From: an uncultured Thermoprotei archaeon
GTDB taxonomy: Archaea; Thermoproteota; Thermoprotei; Thermofilales; B15-G2
NCBI GenBank assembly: GCA_965367815.1
Contig: CBDUKN010000002.1
Location: forward strand, 122,438 to 186,437
DNA length: 64,000 nt
Direction: 5' to 3'
Part shown: positions 58,850 through 64,000 of the stretch, piece by piece
Layout: each line of letters starts with the position of its first letter
Numbering within the stretch: position 1 is the stretch's first letter
Position numbers and translations under genes: made by a program
Notes under the pieces: model-generated
The model's database searches: none
The model's input: the letters and a program-made list of their open reading frames with translations, nothing else
What the model was told of the DNA's origin: nothing

Positions 58850-58969
58850 AATCTCTAGCTACCTCTTCTTTATTTTTACTAAAGAATACTAAAACATTAC
58901 TCAAAAGAGAAATATCTTGTGTTATATCATATATAAACACTTAAATACTTTGCCGCTACTACGAAGCAC

Positions 58970-59530
58970 GTGACGATAGTTGAAATAGTTAAAGAAGTAG
59001 CTGACACTTTGTCCCAGAAAGGAATAGAGGGAGTTATTGTAGGTGAAGTATGTCTTCAACTTCTATATAAAATACCAGTAGAGGTCAAAGACTTCGCAGT
59101 ATTTGTTTTGAATAAGAGTCCTTTTCTCGAGCCACAGATTTTCGAAGAAATAGGACTGGAGAGAGGATGGGATGTTGGCTTCACAGACATAGGAACTCCC
59201 TATTACCTTATTAGGAAGAATGGCGATGAATATGTTGTTGAACTAATTGAAAACATAGGTGACATATATATTCCTGATAGAATGTTAAAAAACGCAGTTC
59301 AAATTAAGATAAACAATGTAAAAGTCAAGGTGCTCAAACTAGAAGACTATATTTTGATTGCATGCAGAACTAGTAGACCAGAAGACTACAATTTTCTTGA
59401 AAGAGTAAAGAAATTAATAAATATGGGTAAAATAAAAATTAATTCAAAGTACTTGAATAAAAATATATCATTATTCAAAGAAGACGAGGGATTTATAAGA
59501 AGACGTTTAGCCGAGTACCATATCTTATAA
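58970..59530 (+). CDS. Nucleotidyltransferase-fold protein (degenerate)
   Basis: VIVG....L, xKD, LEDYI...R..D pattern. Confidence 0.55.
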   Translation: MTIVEIVKEVADTLSQKGIEGVIVGEVCLQLLYKIPVEVKDFAVFVLNKSPFLEPQIFEEIGLERGWDVGFTDIGTPYYLIRKNGDEYVVELIENIGDIYIPDRMLKNAVQIKINNVKVKVLKLEDYILIACRTSRPEDYNFLERVKKLINMGKIKINSKYLNKNISLFKEDEGFIRRRLAEYHIL

Positions 59531-59586
59531 TACTTTCACTTTCCTCACCGTTACTTTAATACGACATACTTCTTTACTTAAAACAG

Positions 59587-60216
59587 ATGTTCTACAGTAT
59601 ATTAAGTGAATACGAGAACCCTGACCAGGCTATAGGCGAAATTGTTGAAAGTACTCACTTTTCCTGTACTTTATCATCGTACTCGCTTGGAGAATCACCA
59701 AGAATAGGAGAATTTTTAGTGATAAGAAATCCGGATACCATTATTGTAGGAGTATCCGTTGGTTCACAGATTATTCCGCAGTCGCCAGTCGCTGTTGTCG
59801 AGCCTCTTAGGAAACGTGTAGAGGACTTAGAGGCCTTGTATGTAGATCTATCTGAAAGGTTTAGAGATCTTACTAAAGCTATTTTAGTAGGATATCTCGA
59901 TGAAGGAGAGTTTATACAGGGGCTTCCTCTACACAAGCCTAAAATACATACACTTGTTTTCTCGATGAAAAGTGAACATATTAAATACTTTTTAAGAGAA
60001 AAAGATAGTATTTCGGCTAGGTATTTAGAAATCTTAGCTACTTATCTGAGCCAAGAATTTCCTTTAATAGTGGATGCTCACTTCAAGTACTTGAAGGCTT
60101 TTTTAAGTAAAGATGAGCTGAGAATTTTAGCATTGAATGCTATTAGCCGCATTCATTCAGTTCTGTCCGATAGAGAGTTCTTGAGAGTTGGGCGAGTCTT
60201 GAAGGAGGTGATATAG
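59587..60216 (+). CDS. Stand-alone HAS-barrel domain protein
   Basis: IGEIVES...P.IGEFL...LVGY...QGLP...PKIH; coupled to herA. Confidence 0.7.
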   Translation: MFYSILSEYENPDQAIGEIVESTHFSCTLSSYSLGESPRIGEFLVIRNPDTIIVGVSVGSQIIPQSPVAVVEPLRKRVEDLEALYVDLSERFRDLTKAILVGYLDEGEFIQGLPLHKPKIHTLVFSMKSEHIKYFLREKDSISARYLEILATYLSQEFPLIVDAHFKYLKAFLSKDELRILALNAISRIHSVLSDREFLRVGRVLKEVI

Positions 60217-61874
60217 TGGAAGAGAGTATTGTGGCTCAAGTTTGTGGAGGAAGCTCTGCAAAAGGAATAGACGCCAGGATACTACCTCCTTATTCAAGCG
60301 AAGATATTTCTGTAGGAGAATCTCTTCTAGTTGAAGGTAGAAGAAGCTCCGTATTTTTAACAGTTGTCAGCGAAATCAAGCATCATGAAGGAGAAAGCTA
60401 TGCATTTATGCTCTCTAAGATAGAGGGTCTCGCAAGAGACCCTCACAACATTAAATATGTACAGGACACAGCTGTAGGTGAGTTACTTTCCTCAAAAATA
60501 TCGCTAATACCCATAGCAGTTTACAGAGATAAAAGGATATTTGAAGCCGACACAATACCTGACTTTCTTTCTAGATGCTTCAAAGTAACTAAAGACTATA
60601 TTAGGATATTTTATGGCGACATAGACTACAAGTATAGGTGGCCTATAGGTCTGCCTAAAGCTAATAGAGAGAAAGAAGATCAAGCGTTCATTCCAATAAA
60701 CATCGACGCTTTACTAAGAAACTCTTTCGCTATCTACGGTAAAAGCGGTACCGGTAAGACTTACATGGGCAATATCCTAGCATCCTTTATTGTAGGCTAC
60801 AACCATAGTGTAAGTGAAGAAGATAGAGTAAGTATGCTTATTTTTGATCTTCATAGCGAGTATTCACACTTTCTATTAGACCCCACAGGAAAGCCTCTGG
60901 TAGAAGGTGTTGCTAGAGCATTTAACGAAGATTTTATAGTGTATACTCTGGACGAGGCGTTCACCAAAGTTTTACTCGATGCACGTTTGCTTAAAATATC
61001 CGCTAGCAACATAGATGTAGACGATCTACTTATTTGTTCTGAAGCTCTCGGCTTAACAGAGAAATTTGGAGATTATGCATATGCCATCACAAACGCTATA
61101 AGAAATAGAAGGCGAGCTAGATCTATTCTCGAGTACGTTTTAAAAGAAGATTATAATAGACTACAGTCATTTATAAATAGCTTAGATTCTCCTCAAGAGA
61201 AAAACGTATTTAGAGCTAATATTCCTAAGCTCAAAAGGCTTGCAGAATATCCGTTCATTTCTCTCGACGAAGAAGATTCTCTATCGGAAATTGTAGAGAA
61301 CTTGATTAAAGGAAAAAATGTCTGCATAGCTTTCGGTACTTATGAAAACGATTCCTTAGCTTATCTAATAGTGGCAAACGTTTTAGCCCGTAGAATATGG
61401 AATACTTATCGTGAAATAGGCTTAAAAACAAGCTCGCGCAAGAGACTAGTTATTTTCTTAGAGGAAGCACATAAATTCCTTGCTAGAGATATGTACTTCA
61501 AGACACCTTTTGGAAAAATAGCTAGAGAGCTAAGGAAGAGAGGAGTTGTGCTGGCTGTAATAGACCAGAGACCTTCAGAATTAGACCCTGACGTCAAGGC
61601 GATGTTATGGAACAAGATAGTATTCAACTTGACAGATCGTAGTGATATACGTGAAGCATGCATAGGTCTACCTCATAGAGAATTATTTGAGCCAATAGTT
61701 GAGACACTTAGAAGAGGAGAAGCCCTAATATTCGGCTCGGCAATATCTTTTCCAGCAATAGTGAAAGTTATAGACTATTCACAAGCAATAGATATTGTTA
61801 AAGAAAGAATTCAAGAATTTTATAATGAAATAGAGGAAAGAAGATTAAGAGAGAAAGGTGAGCCTGAATGGTAA
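60216..61874 (+). CDS. herA: HerA bipolar helicase/translocase
   Basis: N-terminal HAS barrel, GKSGTGKT, FDLHSEY, LEEAHKF, RELRKRGV...DQRP. Confidence 0.9.
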   Translation: MEESIVAQVCGGSSAKGIDARILPPYSSEDISVGESLLVEGRRSSVFLTVVSEIKHHEGESYAFMLSKIEGLARDPHNIKYVQDTAVGELLSSKISLIPIAVYRDKRIFEADTIPDFLSRCFKVTKDYIRIFYGDIDYKYRWPIGLPKANREKEDQAFIPINIDALLRNSFAIYGKSGTGKTYMGNILASFIVGYNHSVSEEDRVSMLIFDLHSEYSHFLLDPTGKPLVEGVARAFNEDFIVYTLDEAFTKVLLDARLLKISASNIDVDDLLICSEALGLTEKFGDYAYAITNAIRNRRRARSILEYVLKEDYNRLQSFINSLDSPQEKNVFRANIPKLKRLAEYPFISLDEEDSLSEIVENLIKGKNVCIAFGTYENDSLAYLIVANVLARRIWNTYREIGLKTSSRKRLVIFLEEAHKFLARDMYFKTPFGKIARELRKRGVVLAVIDQRPSELDPDVKAMLWNKIVFNLTDRSDIREACIGLPHRELFEPIVETLRRGEALIFGSAISFPAIVKVIDYSQAIDIVKERIQEFYNEIEERRLREKGEPEW

Positions 61875-63058
61875 AAATTCTACATACAGCAGACTTACAT
61901 TTAGGTGCGGGAAGTAGCATAGGAGGCAAGAAGCGTGTGGAAGATTTCATAGAGTCATTTAAACGTATAGTAGACTTAGCGATAAAAGAAGAAGTCGACT
62001 TAGTACTTATCGCCGGAGATATTTTCCATACTCCTAGACCTTCATCAACAGTTTTCTACGCATTTGCAGAGCAAACTAAGAGGCTATTCGAGAAAAATAT
62101 CAAAGTAGTAGCTGTTGCCGGAAATCACGATGTTCCTAGATCTTTAGAAGATAAATCATTCTTAGAAGCCTTAGCCGAGTATTCAGATAAAATGTTTATT
62201 TTCATTAAGCGTCCCCGCAAAGTGACTATCGAGAGCAAAGAAGGCAAGAAAATATCCATTGTAGGCATACCATACTTAAATCCGATATACTTTACATTAC
62301 CAGATGTAAGAGACGAAATAGGCTATCGTAGAAAAATAAGAAACACAGTAAAATCTTTACTAGAAGACACTGACGCTGACTACAAAATACTGCTAGGACA
62401 CCTTATGACAGAATGGGCTACTTTTGGAAGCGAAAAGATATTTGTTGGAGATAAGGACATAAGAATATCTAATCAAGATATCCTGGCACATGAATTTGAC
62501 TATGTAGCTTTAGGACATGTACATAAACCTCAAAGTCGAGACAACGTATATTACGCAGGCTCTATTGAGAGAATAGACTTCAGTGAAGCAAAAGAAAAGA
62601 AAAGAGTGTTAATTCTAAGTGAAAACTATGGCAAAGTAGTTCCCACAGAGTACAGAATACCTGTAAGAGCTATGGTCTCAGCAGCTCTAGCTGTTAAAGA
62701 CCCTTCAAAAATAATGCAAGATATTTATCGAATACTGCTTAAAGTAAAGAACATAAACGATGATTACGAAATATTACCTCCACTACTAAAACTTAAACTT
62801 ATTTTAAAGAAAGGAATGAATATTAACATAAAGAATATAGAGGATTACATTAGAGATAAAGTATACTGTCTCAAAATCACTACTGAATACGAAATAGTAA
62901 AGCCGAGTGATATTAAATTATATAGTAAAGAAAAACCTTTACATGAATTAATTAAAACTTATATTAAGAAACTATGTGAAACATCATTCGATTTAAAAGA
63001 CTTAGAAGAAGAACTTACACGTGAGGCTTTAAGTATTTTAGAAGAGGTGAATACATGA
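61868..63058 (+). CDS. mre11: Mre11/SbcD nuclease
   Basis: ADLHLG, AGDIF, GNHD, LGH.H, YAGS. Confidence 0.93.
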   Translation: MVKILHTADLHLGAGSSIGGKKRVEDFIESFKRIVDLAIKEEVDLVLIAGDIFHTPRPSSTVFYAFAEQTKRLFEKNIKVVAVAGNHDVPRSLEDKSFLEALAEYSDKMFIFIKRPRKVTIESKEGKKISIVGIPYLNPIYFTLPDVRDEIGYRRKIRNTVKSLLEDTDADYKILLGHLMTEWATFGSEKIFVGDKDIRISNQDILAHEFDYVALGHVHKPQSRDNVYYAGSIERIDFSEAKEKKRVLILSENYGKVVPTEYRIPVRAMVSAALAVKDPSKIMQDIYRILLKVKNINDDYEILPPLLKLKLILKKGMNINIKNIEDYIRDKVYCLKITTEYEIVKPSDIKLYSKEKPLHELIKTYIKKLCETSFDLKDLEEELTREALSILEEVNT

Positions 63059-63963
63059 AAATAATTAATATAAAACTAAAAAACTTTATTACATGTGATG
63101 ATATAGACTTAAATTTAAAGAACATGAAAATTATTGGAGTATACGGGCCTAATGCAGCCGGAAAAACTACAGTCTTTGTCGATGCAGTACTTTTTGCACT
63201 ATATGGATACGAGTGGGTGAGAAGCAGAAAAATAAAGCTGGAAGACCTAATAATGAGTGGAAAAAGCTTCTGTTCAGTATCTCTTACATTCGAAACTATC
63301 GATAATACCGGAAGAAAAAGAATACTCGAAATATGTAGAATACTGCGAAAAAATGGATCAAGCTCCGTAGAACTATATGAGTACTTAGATGACAGTAAAA
63401 AGCTTATAGCTCACGGAGATAGAACAGTTACACCTTACATAAAGAGTTTACTCAAATTAGACTGCAAAACCTTTCTGACTACCGTCGCTGTACGCCAAGG
63501 CGAAGTACTTCAAATAGCTAAAGGAACTCCTAGCGAAAGAAGAGACTTGCTTTTAAGGCTTTTAGGCTTGAAGCTTGAAAAGGCGAGAGAAGTAGCTAAA
63601 GAAAAATACTATGAAGCTAAACAAAAGTATTTAGAGCTAAACGAAAGAGTAAAAATGCTTAAAAAAGAAGTCTCTATGAAAAATGATATTCTAGCTAAGT
63701 TAAATGAAGATAGAAGTAAATTAGAGAAAATATCACTAGCTAAAAAACACTTACTTGAAGAAAAAGAAAGACTGCTAAACAAGATAGACAACTACAGAAG
63801 CAAGCTAATGGAATTGTCTAAAATTAAAGGAAAGATTGACAGTATTAAAAGAACTATATATGATATAGAAAAGCAAATTAATGAGGCAAACTACGAAATA
63901 GCTAAAATTACGAGAATACTAGGTAATAAAATAGATCTAAATAACATAAATACTATACTATTG
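63055..63963 (+). CDS. rad50: Rad50/SbcC ATPase, 3'-truncated at the contig end
   Basis: LKNF, GPNAAGKT, FALYG, Q-loop RQGE, start of the coiled coil; runs into adapter sequence. Confidence 0.92.
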
Positions 63964-63996
63964 CTGTCTCTTATACACATCTGACGCTGCCGACGA
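63964..63996 (+). other. Illumina Nextera adapter (Tn5 mosaic end), technical contamination
   Basis: Exact CTGTCTCTTATACACATCT-GACGCTGCCGACGA. Confidence 0.98.
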
Positions 63997-64000
63997 ATTA

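Noticed and set aside
1937-63791. Numerous 60-170 aa ORFs antisense to or overlapping real genes (e.g. 18285-18809, 32903-33391, 50350-50799) and ORFs over sRNAs (11930, 42729, 54965)
   Set aside because: They are shadow frames of well-supported genes or RNAs, with Ser/Phe/Leu-rich antisense composition and no motifs.
63055-63984. A naturally short 309-aa Rad50
   Set aside because: The stop codon comes from adapter sequence.
1-64000. tRNA, rRNA, transposase or integrase genes, and further BHB introns
   Set aside because: None were recognised by eye and the other conserved genes have uninterrupted frames. Short in-frame introns cannot be fully excluded without a motif scan.

Overview
64 kb of an AT-rich archaeal chromosome. 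Gene content (FAU-1, crenarchaeal-type AspRS, aKMT, Clp1, archaeal Lhr, Aap-like pilus, many C/D sRNAs) points to a thermophilic Thermoproteota lineage; this taxonomy is inference. An untrimmed Nextera adapter at the right end suggests a metagenome contig. Most genes are housekeeping: a type IV pilus locus, fen1, gdhA, aspS, valS, porGDAB, gcvT/H/PA/PB with a split lipoate ligase, and HAS-barrel/herA/mre11/rad50. The main discovery is that the TATA-binding protein gene (minus, 29038-29641) is split by a 31-nt insert (29478-29508). The insert forms a bulge-helix-bulge motif, and canonical splicing-endonuclease cleavage restores the invariant YNPEQFPGL motif, so it is a probable archaeal pre-mRNA intron in tbp. 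Other notable signals are a GTA codon at the expected fen1 start, eight box C/D sRNA candidates, a ~140-nt multi-stem K-loop RNA candidate in an accessory islet, a 1010-aa pilin-anchored adhesin with a NIDO-like domain, a membrane-anchored HerA/VirB4-like ATPase paired with a compact XPD-like helicase, and a VirB2/CedA1-like small protein. All calls come from reading motifs by eye; no database searches were run.
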